Shown: one piece after another, positions 20,879 to 31,396 of the stretch
Layout of the letters: each line of letters begins with the position of its first letter
How positions within the stretch are numbered: the stretch's first letter is position 1
Assembly: GCA_964291265.2 (NCBI GenBank)
Contig: OZ219747.1
Span: 1,504,001 to 1,568,000 of the forward strand
DNA: 64,000 nt
Direction: 5' to 3'
From: Alphaproteobacteria bacterium
GTDB taxonomy: Bacteria; Pseudomonadota; Alphaproteobacteria; SP197
Program-made: the position numbers and the translations under genes
Notes under the pieces: generated by a model
Told to the model about the DNA's origin: nothing
The model's database searches: none
Seen by the model: only the letters and a program-made list of their open reading frames with translations

Positions 20879-21409
20879 TCACAGGTCCCTCAGCACCACA
20901 TGCGTCACGACCCGTCCGCACCGGGCGCACCGAAGCGGCGATTCGCGTCGCTCTCGCGCCTTCACAACCGCAGGTAGGGAGGTCGGCAGCAGTCGGGAAG
21001 GGTGGTCCGTAACGATTTCTTCGGAACCGGCGTCTCCAGACACCGCCGGAACGTCGCCAAGCAGCACCACAGCAGACGTCTGCGTGCCCATGATCTCGGC
21101 AAGCATCGCCGCCCTGGCCTTCAACGCACGCGCCTCCTCCGCCTTGCGGAGCCGGTAACGCCGCTGGCGGTGACGGCCCGTCTCACGGCCCCTCAGCGTG
21201 CTCTGGTAGCGACGACGCGACGCGCGGCGCCGCTCGATCCGGGACCGCTCCCTGCACTCATCGGAGCAATACACATGCCCCCGGTCACACGACCGGCAGA
21301 GAACAACCTGCCGCTGACACCGCTTGCAGTTGAACAGTCGTCCCGTCGTGCACACGATCCGTCTCGAGAGCGGGGGTGGACCCGGACGCAAAATGGCTCG
21401 ACAATACAC
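20879..21409 (-). CDS. Cys-rich zinc-finger-like, Arg-rich protein upstream of istA (start may be GTG 21355)
   Basis: CKRC-x6-CRSC-x6-CSDEC, then an Arg-rich helix and a C-terminal CARC. Confidence 0.65.
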   Translation of the reverse strand: MYCRAILRPGPPPLSRRIVCTTGRLFNCKRCQRQVVLCRSCDRGHVYCSDECRERSRIERRRASRRRYQSTLRGRETGRHRQRRYRLRKAEEARALKARAAMLAEIMGTQTSAVVLLGDVPAVSGDAGSEEIVTDHPSRLLPTSLPAVVKARERRESPLRCARCGRVVTHVVLRDL

Positions 21410-22059
21410 GGGAGTTCGGTCCCCCGTGACCGGCTCGTCCGGGTGCTGCGCCGGGGGGCGTCATCACAACTCTGCCCGGCATCGCATCGCTCTTTCTTTC
21501 GATGCCGATCTAGCATCCACCCGGGGCGGCGGCAAAAACGCCGCCCCGGGACCGGACAACACGACCCAGACCACAGGGAAAACAGACGATCCCGCGAGTG
21601 CCTCGGAACCGAAACCCTCCCGGCAACCGTCACCAAGACCGAAGCAGAGGCCGACGGAACAATCCGAACCGGACCAAAACGACAATAGGAAAACGGGCGG
21701 CGCTCGGGGAGACAATCAGCCGAACACTGAACCCACGACAACAGGACGTGACAATAGGACCTGACAACAGGGAAGAAACACGACCCTGACAAAGCGCGGC
21801 AAATCGCCGAAATCCCGCCGTTCTATGCAGCCATCAACACAAGATCACCCGGCGCTGGGCAAAACGCGGCATCCGATCGTCAACCCCCAAGGACCGGGGG
21901 ACAGGCTCCGCCTGAGTCTTCGGCGCCATCTGCCCGAACCGTGGCAAGGTCGCCGGCCTCGTCATGCTCGACGCCAACACGGAGGCGCTGAACGCCCATG
22001 CCGCCGAGATCGGCTGCGCCGTCGAACCCGGCGCCCCATGCCACCACGCAGGGTGTCGT

Positions 22060-22450
22060 CGCCATCACCACCTGTTGAGCGTATCCAGACCCTTGCCACC
22101 CCGCAGCACCTTCCACGCCGGCGGACCCGCCGCTCAAGGCATCGTCGCCGTCGTCGTCCGGAGTGTCGCCGTCATCGTTGCCGTCCGGCGGCGCACCCTG
22201 TGCAGGAGCGTCCTCGTCGCCGCCCTCCGGCGGGGCAGCCTCGACGGGAAGGAACCGGCAGTCGTCCGCGCCAAGGGAGGCTGCCGGGCGCGCCGGCGAC
22301 CTCGATGATGTCTTCGGCCTCGAAACCGTTGATGTGGTCAGCCCCGTCGCCGCCATAGAGCGTGTCGTCGCCCCGAGGCCGTCCTTCAGCATGTCGTCGC
22401 CGTCGCCACCCGCCAGTGCGTCAGCACCGCCGGCCCACTCGATAGACATT
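22060..22450 (-). pseudogene. Remnant of an RTX/hemolysin-type Ca-binding repeat gene
   Basis: GGADALAGGDGDDML repeats and an AAPPEGG...AQGAPP linker similar to the gene at 62231-64000; frameshifted. Confidence 0.55.
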
Positions 22451-23090
22451 GCAACACCTGATCCTGTCACGGACGTAGACCTTAACTCCCGCCGGTCAAG
22501 CAGGTCGAAAAATGTGCCCTCATGGCGCCTGTTCGGCCGCGGGAGATGGTGATCCAGGTCCGGTCGGTCTCGTGTTCCGGCGCGTTTGGTCGGTGCTGCC
22601 GGCAGTCGGCTTGGAGTTCAGCCCGTGTCGCGGCAAGGCACGGCGCCGGGCGCCTGTGACGTTCTGCTCCGGGAATCCCTGAATCACCACCTGATACGAG
22701 CGGCAACAGACAAGAACCGATAAGCCTCTCTCGGCGGAGATGACCCCTTGCGGCACGGACCTCGGCTCAGGGCTCCGGCTACCGAGGGAGGCTCTGCTAT
22801 CGGTCCCAGTCAATGACCGGTCGACATCACCCTGCAATCAGAATGAATGGGTGAGCGCACTGCAAGCCTGCCTCGGTTCGAAGGAGGTCGCAGGGACCCC
22901 GGCGTCGCTGAGGTCCATCATGCGAAGGCAGCGTGGCGCGTTCCGGGGGCGTGCCAACGGCGCCCTGCTGGTTTCGAGTGCTGCGTGCCGATTCCACGTG
23001 GCCGGTGGTGGTGCAGACCGGCGCTGTCACCGGAGTGTCACAAACCGACCTTAAGGTCGCGGGGTTGTTCCTTCAATCTGGATTGGGGCG

Positions 23091-24103
23091 GTGGCGCGCA
23101 TAGCGGTCAACGGTCTTGGGCGTATCGGCAAGCTCTTCCTGCGGGCGCTCGACGCCGCCGGATGCCTGGATCAGGTCGTGCTGGCGAATGATCGTGCAGG
23201 CGATGCCGCCTCTCACGCGCATCTCCTCGAATTCGACACCGTGCATGGGCGCTGGGATGTCCGGATCGACCACCGGGAAGGCGCCGTCGTGGTCAACAGC
23301 CATGACATCGCGGTCGCCGGGACCGGGCGCATCGAGGAGTTGCCGCTGGCGGAGCACGGCATCGACCTCGTCGTGGATTGCACGGGCTGCTTCAGGACGA
23401 TGCGGGCCCTCAGGCCCTATCTTGATGCCGGTGTCGCCAAGGTCGTGGTGTCCGCGCCCGTCAAGGATGAGCGGCGCTCAACATCGTCTTCGGAGTGAAC
23501 CACCTGCTCTACGATCCCGATCGGTACGATGTGGTGACGGCGGCGAGTTGCACCACCAACTGCCTGGCGCCTGTTGTCAGGGTGCTGCATGAGGAAATCG
23601 GCATTCGGCACGGCTCGATCACGACGATCCACAACGTCACCAACAGCCAGACCCTCGTCGACCGGCCGTACCATGACCTGCGCCGGGCGCGCTCCGCACT
23701 CATCGCGCTTGTTCCGACAACGACGGGCTCGGCAACCGCCATCGGTTTCATCTATCCCGAGCTTGCGGGGCGGCTGAACGGTCATGCGGTACGGGTGCCG
23801 CTGCTGAACGCTTCCTTGACGGACTGCGTGTTCGAATTGGCGCGGGATAGCAACGCGGAGGAGATCAACACGCTTTTCGCCAGGTGGGCCGCCGGGCCGC
23901 TCGAGGGAATTCTCGGTTACGAAGCGCGACCGCTGGTCTCGACGGATTTCCTGGACGATCCGCGTTCGGCCGTGATCGACGGTCCGGCGACCATGGTCGT
24001 GAACGGTACGCAGGCCAAGATCTATGCCTGGTACGACAGTGAATGGGGCTACAGTTGCCGCCTGGCAGACGTCGTGGGTCTCGTGTCGGACAGCCTGGAG
24101 TGA
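23091..24103 (+). CDS. ArsJ-associated glyceraldehyde-3-phosphate dehydrogenase; apparent 1-nt frameshift near 23470
   Basis: [34 protein letters not shown]; the two ORFs join as [15 protein letters not shown]. Confidence 0.85.
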
Positions 24104-25402
24104 CCGTGGAACCGTCGGCGAGGCGCGGTGCCGTCGCCGCCTACATCGCCGTCACTGCAGCCTACTGGTCCTTCATGCTGACCGACGGCGCGCTCCGCAT
24201 GCTGGTTCTGCTGCACTTCCACACTCTCGGTTTTTCTCCCGTCCAACTCGCCTATCTTTTCCTGCTTTATGAGTTCATGGGCATTGTGACGAACCTGTCG
24301 GCGGGTTGGGTCGCAGCCCGTTTCGGGCTCACCTCCACGCTCCATGCCGGGCTCGCCCTCCAGGTCGTTGCCCTGGCGGCGCTGACGCAGCTCGACCCGG
24401 CCTGGGCGACGGCGCTTTCGGTCGCCTTCGTGATGGCGGCACAGGGCCTCTCCGGCATCGCCAAGGACCTCTCCAAGATGAGCGCCAAGAGCGCCGTCAG
24501 GATTCTCGCCCCGGCGACCGAGCAGGGTGCGCTGTTCCGCTGGACGGCGACGCTGACGGGCTCGAAGAACGCGGTGAAGGGCCTGGGCTTCCTCCTGGGC
24601 GCTGCCTTGTTGGCCCTGGCGGGCTTCGAGGCGTCGCTGGTCGGCATGGCGGCGGTCCTGGCGGTCATCCTCGCAGCCGTCATGGTCTGCATGCCGGCAG
24701 GCCTGCCGGGCGGCGACCGGAAGGCGACGTTCGGCGAGGTGTTCTCCAGGAGTCCGCTGGTGAACCGCTTGTCTGCGGGCTCGCCTGTTCCTCTTCGGTG
24801 CGCGCGATGTGTGGCTCGTCGTGGCGCTGCCCGTCTACTTCCACACCGTGCTGTCGGACGGAACGCTTGAATCGGACCGCGCCGCATTCTTCCTCGTCGG
24901 CAGCTTCATGGCGCTCTGGATCATTGGCTACGGGGTCATGCAGGTGCTGGCGCCGAAACTGTTGCGCGCGCGGGGGAGGAGCGCGGGCGACGTCATTCGA
25001 CTGGCGCGGTTCTGGGTCGGCGTGCTGACCCTGATTCCGGCCCTGCTGGCGGTGGCGGTCGCGGCCATGGAGGGGAGGGCGTTGACGGCTCTCCTGGTCG
25101 CGGCTCTGCTCGCCTTCGGCGCCGTGTTCGCCCTCAATTCCTCGCTCCACTCCTATCTGATCCTGGTGCTCGGCCGCACCGAACGCGTGACCATGGATGT
25201 CGGCTTCTACTACATGTCCAACGCCGCCGGACGCCTTGTCGGCACGCTGCTCTCCGGGCTCGGCTTCCAGGTCGGCGGCCTCGTCGCGAGCCTCGCGGTG
25301 GCGGCGGGCATGGCGGCGACGAGCCGGCTGTTTGCCGGCATGCTCGCCCGTCGCGCCTGCAGCGAGGAGGAACTGGGACATGAAACCGATGCACGGGAGT
25401 GA
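24100..25402 (+). CDS. arsJ: Organoarsenical efflux MFS transporter ArsJ; apparent 1-nt frameshift near 24778
   Basis: [58 protein letters not shown]; GTGA overlap with GAPDH. Confidence 0.88.
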
Positions 25403-26029
25403 GTCGCTGACATCTGGACTTGCGCTCCGGACATATTTCGGCGGAGCATACCTTCCGGCACCTGACGCGTGTGTGAGGCGTGTATCGATGGAGGGCGTTA
25501 CGGAGATCAGGCCGGTGCGACGTTTCCCTGACCTCTGTTTCGTTCCCGATCGCACATCCCGGCGGCGCTCCCCCGGTCGTCGGCACGCCGTTTGATGTGC
25601 ACCCTGCGCGGCTTGGCGTGGACATCGGGAGCATCACGGCAGGATTCGTGTTCGACAGTATTCTTGCCGGCGGCCTTGTCGCACGATATACGTCTGCCAC
25701 CATGACGCTGGCCGGGCGGGGCGTCGCTTGCCTCGGCCTGCTCCCCGAATCGTCGGTCTTGGCGTCAGGGTTCCTGCATGAGCTGATCTTGTTCGGTGCT
25801 TGCGTTTGCGTCGGCAACGGCATCATCATGCCGAGCAGGAGTTCCGGCGCCATGTCGGCACCACCCACCGGTTCGAGCGAGACCGGGCCGGGGGCCTCCA
25901 GCAGGCTTGGCTGATCTGGTGTCGGGAGCCCGAGTTATGAGCGACCGGCAAGCGCCGGCAGCGCCTTCGCCGCCGACACACACGGACATACCGCAAGCGT
26001 TTTCGCAGTTTCTGACGGGAGACCGGACG

Positions 26030-27358
26030 ATGCCGGATACACGAACGATCAGGGTTCTGCCGGTCAACGACACGACCAACGGATGGAGCCGCATTCTCGG
26101 GCCACGGACACCGCGTTCTCCGCTTGCCGGGGATGTGGTGGCCGATTGGGTGGTCGTGGGAGCGGGTTGGGCCGGGCTGGCGGCGGCGCGGCGCCTCGCC
26201 GAAAACAGGCCGGATGACAGCGTCATCCTTCTCGATGCCGGCGAAGCGGGGGAGAATGCATCGGGACGCAACAGCGGCTTTGCCATCGACCTTCCTCACA
26301 ACGTCGGCGATTCGCTGGCTGAACTCGAGGGCAGCCAGCGCTTCATGGCCCTGGCGCGCGCTGCCATCGATCACCTCGACGGAGCGGTCCGGGACCACGG
26401 CATCGCCTGCGACTGGAGCCGGCGCGGCAAGTACCATACCGCCCGTTCGGAACGCGGAAGAAGGGAGATTCTCGAGCCCTTCGCCCGGGAACTCGAGGCC
26501 CTCGGCGAGCCCTTCCGCTGGCTGGACCGGGATGAGCTTGCGGGCGAGGTCGGGACATCGGCGTTCCACGCGGCGGTCTACACGCCAGGCTGTGTCCTCT
26601 TCAATCCCGCGGCGCTGACCCGTGGTCTGGCCGACCACCTTCCCGAGGGAGTCCGCCTCTGCGAGAACACGCCTGTCATATCGATGACCTTGCGAAACGG
26701 GGTGGAGCTCGCCACCCCGGGAGGCACCGTCCGCGCGGCGCGCATGATTCTCGCCACCAACGGCTTTGCCGGCGAGTTCGGGTTCTTCCGGCGCCGCCTC
26801 GTGCCGATCGCTGCCCATGCCAGCCTGACGCGCGTCCTGAACGAGGCGGAGCGCCTGGCGCTCGGAGGCAAGGACGACTGGGGAATCACGCCGGCCAACG
26901 CCATTGCCGGCATCACCATGCGGTTCACCAGGGATCATCGGATCCTGATCCGCCAGGGCTTCCGCTACGCACCCGAATTCCGCGTCACGAGAGCCGAACA
27001 GATGGCGGCGCGGCGCGCTCACGAGGCGCGTTTCCGGTCCCGGTTCCCCATGCTCGGCGACGTGACGATGGAGCATACCTGGACCGGGTTCATATGCCTG
27101 TCACGCAACGGTGCGCCGGGCTTCGGTCAGGTCGCCGGCCATGTCTGGGCTGCCGTTTGCCAGAACGCGGTCGGTGTCACCAAGGGTACCATCAGCGGGT
27201 TGCTCGCCGCCGACATGGCCAGTGGGCGCGACAACGGCCTCATCGCCGACATGGAGAGTCTCGGGAGTCCCCGGGTGCTTCCTCCCGCCTTGCTCACGCG
27301 TCTTGGCGTCAGGCTGCGCCTGGCCAGGGAAATCTGGTTCAACCGGCACGAGAAATAG
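26030..27358 (+). CDS. FAD-dependent oxidoreductase, DAO/PuuB-like family
   Basis: VVGAGWAGL, ASGRNSGF, LATNGF, WTGFIC; GGAG RBS. Confidence 0.85.
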   Translation: MPDTRTIRVLPVNDTTNGWSRILGPRTPRSPLAGDVVADWVVVGAGWAGLAAARRLAENRPDDSVILLDAGEAGENASGRNSGFAIDLPHNVGDSLAELEGSQRFMALARAAIDHLDGAVRDHGIACDWSRRGKYHTARSERGRREILEPFARELEALGEPFRWLDRDELAGEVGTSAFHAAVYTPGCVLFNPAALTRGLADHLPEGVRLCENTPVISMTLRNGVELATPGGTVRAARMILATNGFAGEFGFFRRRLVPIAAHASLTRVLNEAERLALGGKDDWGITPANAIAGITMRFTRDHRILIRQGFRYAPEFRVTRAEQMAARRAHEARFRSRFPMLGDVTMEHTWTGFICLSRNGAPGFGQVAGHVWAAVCQNAVGVTKGTISGLLAADMASGRDNGLIADMESLGSPRVLPPALLTRLGVRLRLAREIWFNRHEK

Positions 27359-27371
27359 TGGCGCCGGGCCC

Positions 27372-28466
27372 TCATTCGATGCTCTCGAGGAGCATCCCGA
27401 CGCCTGCGTACTCGCTCGTCGACGGCTCGAAGAGATCCCGCAGGCGCGTCCACCGTTCGCGGGCGTCGTCGGCATCACCGCCCAGAGCCGCCGCAAGGCC
27501 GGTGATGTAGAGGGCATGGGGGTTGTCGGGCCGGGTCTCGAGCACCCGCTCCATGTCGGCCAGCACGACGGCGGACACACCGGTCGAGCGGTCGACGGGG
27601 GCGGCGACGGCGGCCGCGAAGCCGTCCGTGAGATCGGTGTCGCCGGGCGCCAGTTCGAGCGCCCGCTCGTAGGCCTGGCGCGCCTTCGGCCAGTCTTCCA
27701 GAACGGTGTAGGAGTGAGCGAGGCGCTTCCATCCCTCGAGGTCGTCCGGCTCATCCTCGAGTCGCCGGGCGAGGCCTTCGACCATGCCCGTGATCATCGC
27801 TAGGGTATCGTCGTCGGAATCGCCTGTCGTCTCCCCGGCATCCGCGATATGACGGCGCAGTTCGCCGATCCATGGCGCATCCACGGGTGAATCGGCGAGA
27901 AGATCGCGCCAGACGTCCAGTGCGCCTGCCGTGTCGCCGGCCTGCGCCAGGGCAACGCCGCCATAGAAGCGCGCGATCGGCTGGCTGGCGTCGATGCCCA
28001 GGGACTGCGCGAACAGGAGCCGTGCTGCGGGGGTCACCAGTCCGTCGTTGGCGAGCACGATGAACTCACCCTGCCGCGCGAGGTGTTCGTCGTTCCCGGG
28101 ATCGAGGGCGGCCGCCTCGGCCATGGCGAGTGCCGCTTCGTCGTAGCGCCGGGAAAGGCCCCGGGCATTGGCGATCCAGATCCAGGCATCGATATCCGTC
28201 GGCTCCTCCACCAGGCGGCTCCTGGCGCGCTCCAGGAGACCGGCAAGTTCGGGGTCGGTGGTGGCGACGGTGCGTTCGGCAAGGGGCCGGTCGGCGAGAT
28301 GCGGCGACCCGATCGCGGTATAGATGGCCATCGCTCCGGCGATGACGGCAAAGGAGGCCGCGACGATCAGGCTGCGGCGACGCAAGCCGTCGCCTTGCGA
28401 GAGGAGGGGCAGTGCCAGCAGGACAAGGGCCACCGCGATGATGTTGGCGAGCGCCAGGTGGATCAT
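27372..28466 (-). CDS. ccmI: Cytochrome c biogenesis TPR protein CcmI/CycH
   Basis: N-terminal TM segments, TPR-like repeats, MVEGLARRLEDEPDDLEGW; operon context. Confidence 0.8.
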   Translation of the reverse strand: MIHLALANIIAVALVLLALPLLSQGDGLRRRSLIVAASFAVIAGAMAIYTAIGSPHLADRPLAERTVATTDPELAGLLERARSRLVEEPTDIDAWIWIANARGLSRRYDEAALAMAEAAALDPGNDEHLARQGEFIVLANDGLVTPAARLLFAQSLGIDASQPIARFYGGVALAQAGDTAGALDVWRDLLADSPVDAPWIGELRRHIADAGETTGDSDDDTLAMITGMVEGLARRLEDEPDDLEGWKRLAHSYTVLEDWPKARQAYERALELAPGDTDLTDGFAAAVAAPVDRSTGVSAVVLADMERVLETRPDNPHALYITGLAAALGGDADDARERWTRLRDLFEPSTSEYAGVGMLLESIE

Positions 28467-28921
28467 GGCCGATCCTCGGCGTGCCGGTTGCGGCGCAGAG
28501 CGAAGAAGACCACCAGGGCGCCGCCCGCGAGTGCCACCAGCGGTGCTCCCCAGAGCAACGCCGTGTCACCGCGCAGGGGTGGCTTGAGAAGGACGTAGTC
28601 ACCGTAACGCTCGACGATCCAGGCCACGGCCGCCTCGTCGCTGTCCCCCACCTCGATGCGCTGGCGCAGGAGTACTCTCAGGTCACGCGCCAGGGGCGCA
28701 TCGGAATCCTCGATCGACTGGTTCTGGCAGACCAGGCAGCGCAGTTCGCGCCCCAGATCACGGGCGCGCGCCTCCCTGGCCGGATCGGCGAGAATCTCGT
28801 CGGGCTCCACGGCATGGAGAGGATCCGGCGCGGTGAGGATGAGCAGAGCGGTAAGGGGAAGGGTGCGCAGCATGGCCCGCCAGGCGTTTCGAGGCACCCG
28901 GCGTCGGTGGCGGCCGATCAT
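28463..28921 (-). CDS. ccmH: Cytochrome c biogenesis protein CcmH/CycL
   Basis: LRCLVCQNQSIEDSDA, RYGDYVLLKPP; ATGA overlaps on both sides. Confidence 0.9.
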   Translation of the reverse strand: MIGRHRRRVPRNAWRAMLRTLPLTALLILTAPDPLHAVEPDEILADPAREARARDLGRELRCLVCQNQSIEDSDAPLARDLRVLLRQRIEVGDSDEAAVAWIVERYGDYVLLKPPLRGDTALLWGAPLVALAGGALVVFFALRRNRHAEDRP

Positions 28922-30855
28922 GGCGGCATCCCTCTCCGGCGGACAAGTCCGATGGCGCCTCCTGCCGCCATCAGCAGGGCGCCGCCCCAGATCCACGGGA
29001 CCAGGGGGTTGTGGTAGAGGCGCACGACATGGGCGCCGTCGCCGACGGCATCGCCGATGACGACGTAGAGATCGGCGAAGAGAGTGGTGTGAATGGCGGC
29101 TTCCGTCGTCTGCGTCGCCTGGACGAGATAGGCGCGGCGTTCCGGTTCGAGGCGGGTGATGTAGCGGCCGCCTGCCGTCACGAGGAATGTGCCGCGCTCG
29201 GCATCGTAGTTGGGTCCCGCAACCATCTCCACTCCTTCGAAGACGAGCGTGTATCCGGCGATGTCCTGGCGATCGCCCGCCGCCATGGTGCGGATGATCT
29301 CCGTCTGCCAGGCCGACGACGCCGTCACGCCGGCGACAAGCACAGCCAGACCGAGGTGGGCGAGGCTCATCGCATGGGACGCCGCCGGCAGTGTTCGGGC
29401 CCGTTGCCAGCTTTGTCGCAGAGGACTTCGCAAGACCCTGATTCGCTCCCCGTACTCGAGGACCACCGACCCGGCGATCCAGACCGAGAGTGCGATACCG
29501 AAGGCCGGGAGAGGCGATGTCTGCAGTGTCCGCCACCACACGACGCCCAGGGTCGCCACCGAGACCAGCGCCAGCAGCTTGAGGCGCCCCAGCACTCCGG
29601 CGAGATCGGCCCGTTTCCAAGGCGCCATCATGCCGAGGGCCACGAGGAGCAGGAGCGGAACCATGAGCGGGACGAAGACGATCTCGTAGTAGGGCGGCCC
29701 GACGGATACGGTGGCGCCGCCCAGGACATCGAGGAGCAGGGGATAGAGGGTTCCCGTCAGCACCGTGAAGCAGCCGGCGGCGAGGAAGAGATTGTTGAGG
29801 ACCAGCGCTCCCTCGCGGCTCACCGGAGCGAAGAGGCCGCCCGGCCGCAGCGACGGCGCCCGCATCGCATAGAGCGCCAGGGCGCCGCCGATGGCTGCCG
29901 TCAGGATGGCGAGAATGAAGACGCCGCGCGCCGGATCGACCGCGAAGGCATGGACGGAGGTGAGGACGCCGGAGCGCACCAGGAACGTGCCGAGCAGGCT
30001 GAGCGAGAATGCGAGGATCGCCAGCAGGATGGTCCAACTCTTCAGAGCCTCCCGTTTGTCGGTCACGATCGTGGAATGAAGAAGGGCGGTGGCCGCCAGC
30101 CACGGCATGAAGGAGGCGTTCTCCACGGGATCCCAGAACCACCATCCGCCCCATCCGAGTTCGTAGTAGGCCCACCAGCTGCCCAGAGCGATCCCCGTGG
30201 TGAGGAAAGTCCATGACGCGAGCGTGAAGGGGCGCACCCACCTGGCCCAGCGCCGGTCGACCCGGCCCTCGATGAGGGCCGCCACGGCAAAGGCGAAGGT
30301 CACCGACAGACCGACATAGCCGAGATAGAGAAACGGCGGGTGGAAGGCGAGGCCGGGGTCCTGGAGGATGGGGTTGAGATCGCGGCCGTCGGCGGGCGGC
30401 GGGTCGAGGCGTTCGAAGGGATTGGAGGTGAAAAGGGAAAACGCGAGGAAGCCGGCCGCGATGAGCCCGAGGACGCCGAGAACCCTTGCCTTCGTCTCCA
30501 GTGGCAGGCGTTCGCCGCGAAGGGCGACCGCGAGGCCGAAGAGGGCGAGGATCAGGACCCAGAGGACGAGGGAGCCCTCGTGATTGCCCCACACGCCGGT
30601 CACCTTGTAGAGCATCGGCTTCAGGGAATGGGAGTTCTCGAAGACGTTGCGCAGCGAGAAGTCCGAGTGGATGTAGGCCAGGGTGAGGGCGGTGAAGGCG
30701 ATCATCGTCATGGCTGCCTGGGCGAGCGCGGCGCCGCCTGCCAGTTTCATCCACGCTTCGTGGCCGCGGGCCGCGCCGGCAATCGGCAGCGTGCCCTGAA
30801 GCAGGGCAAGGACGAAGGCCACGATCAGTGCAAAATGACCGGTTTCGGCAATCAA
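28918..30855 (-). CDS. ccmF: Heme lyase CcmF
   Basis: WGNHEGS, HPPFLYLGY, WAYYELGWGGWWFWDPVEN, RSGVLTSVHAF. Confidence 0.96.
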   Translation of the reverse strand: MIAETGHFALIVAFVLALLQGTLPIAGAARGHEAWMKLAGGAALAQAAMTMIAFTALTLAYIHSDFSLRNVFENSHSLKPMLYKVTGVWGNHEGSLVLWVLILALFGLAVALRGERLPLETKARVLGVLGLIAAGFLAFSLFTSNPFERLDPPPADGRDLNPILQDPGLAFHPPFLYLGYVGLSVTFAFAVAALIEGRVDRRWARWVRPFTLASWTFLTTGIALGSWWAYYELGWGGWWFWDPVENASFMPWLAATALLHSTIVTDKREALKSWTILLAILAFSLSLLGTFLVRSGVLTSVHAFAVDPARGVFILAILTAAIGGALALYAMRAPSLRPGGLFAPVSREGALVLNNLFLAAGCFTVLTGTLYPLLLDVLGGATVSVGPPYYEIVFVPLMVPLLLLVALGMMAPWKRADLAGVLGRLKLLALVSVATLGVVWWRTLQTSPLPAFGIALSVWIAGSVVLEYGERIRVLRSPLRQSWQRARTLPAASHAMSLAHLGLAVLVAGVTASSAWQTEIIRTMAAGDRQDIAGYTLVFEGVEMVAGPNYDAERGTFLVTAGGRYITRLEPERRAYLVQATQTTEAAIHTTLFADLYVVIGDAVGDGAHVVRLYHNPLVPWIWGGALLMAAGGAIGLVRRRGMPP

Positions 30856-30871
30856 GGCGCCACGTTGCCTG

Positions 30872-31396
30872 TCAACGCAGTTTCTTCAGGTAGAGATAGT
30901 AGGCGCCATCGCCTCCGTGCTGCGGTCTGGCCGGGGCGAGGGCGACGATGCGGCGGCGCATGGAGGGCTCGTTGAGCCATTCGGGTACCAGACGGCGGAG
31001 AACACCGGTGCGTTCCTCGAGGGGCCCCCTTTGTCCCTTGCCGGTGATCAGGAGAACAACCCGGTAGTTGCGTTCCTGGGAGTGGGCAAGAAAGGCCTGA
31101 AGTTCGGCATGGGCCTCGCGCTGGGTGAATCCGTGGAGATCGAGGCGATTCTCGATGGCAAGCTGGCCGCGCTTGAACCGATCCGCCTGCCGGCGGTCGA
31201 GCCCGTCGACGACACCGGGAGCAAGCGGCCTCGCAACCGTCTTGCGGGGTGTGCTCCCTGTCGGTTGCCGGTGGCGGGCGGTGACGGCCGGCCGGGGCGG
31301 CTCTGCTGGCGGATCGGCGACCGGCGACCGGTTCCTGAGCGGTGTCACCGAACGTGTCACCCGGAGCCACAGGGTGGTGTCATCATCGCACTTCAT
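30872..31396 (-). CDS. Smr/MutS2 C-terminal domain protein
   Basis: RLDLHG, LITGKG, HGGDGAYY. Confidence 0.88.
   Translation of the reverse strand: MKCDDDTTLWLRVTRSVTPLRNRSPVADPPAEPPRPAVTARHRQPTGSTPRKTVARPLAPGVVDGLDRRQADRFKRGQLAIENRLDLHGFTQREAHAELQAFLAHSQERNYRVVLLITGKGQRGPLEERTGVLRRLVPEWLNEPSMRRRIVALAPARPQHGGDGAYYLYLKKLR

Larger units (their letters stand above)
16514..21839 (-). mobile_element. 5326-bp IS21-family transposon with passenger genes
   Basis: TGT...ACA ends; imperfect IR of about 35 bp with a perfect core TAGAACGGCGGGAT (16528-16541 / 21812-21825); 5-bp TSD CAAGA (16509-16513 / 21840-21844). Confidence 0.9.
16231..22040 (+). pseudogene. IS630-family transposase remnant (16231-16513 plus 21845-22040), split by the IS21-family element
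   Basis: VLRFNAEGPEGLKDRK...HGVVRWR; rejoined junction reads EARVRQQNK-ITRRWAKRG; then FGAICP.RGK.AGLV...NTEALNAH. Confidence 0.75.

Noticed and set aside
28463-30754. 763-aa ORF
   Set aside because: Only the last 152 aa (CcmH) are real; the rest is an alternative frame of ccmF
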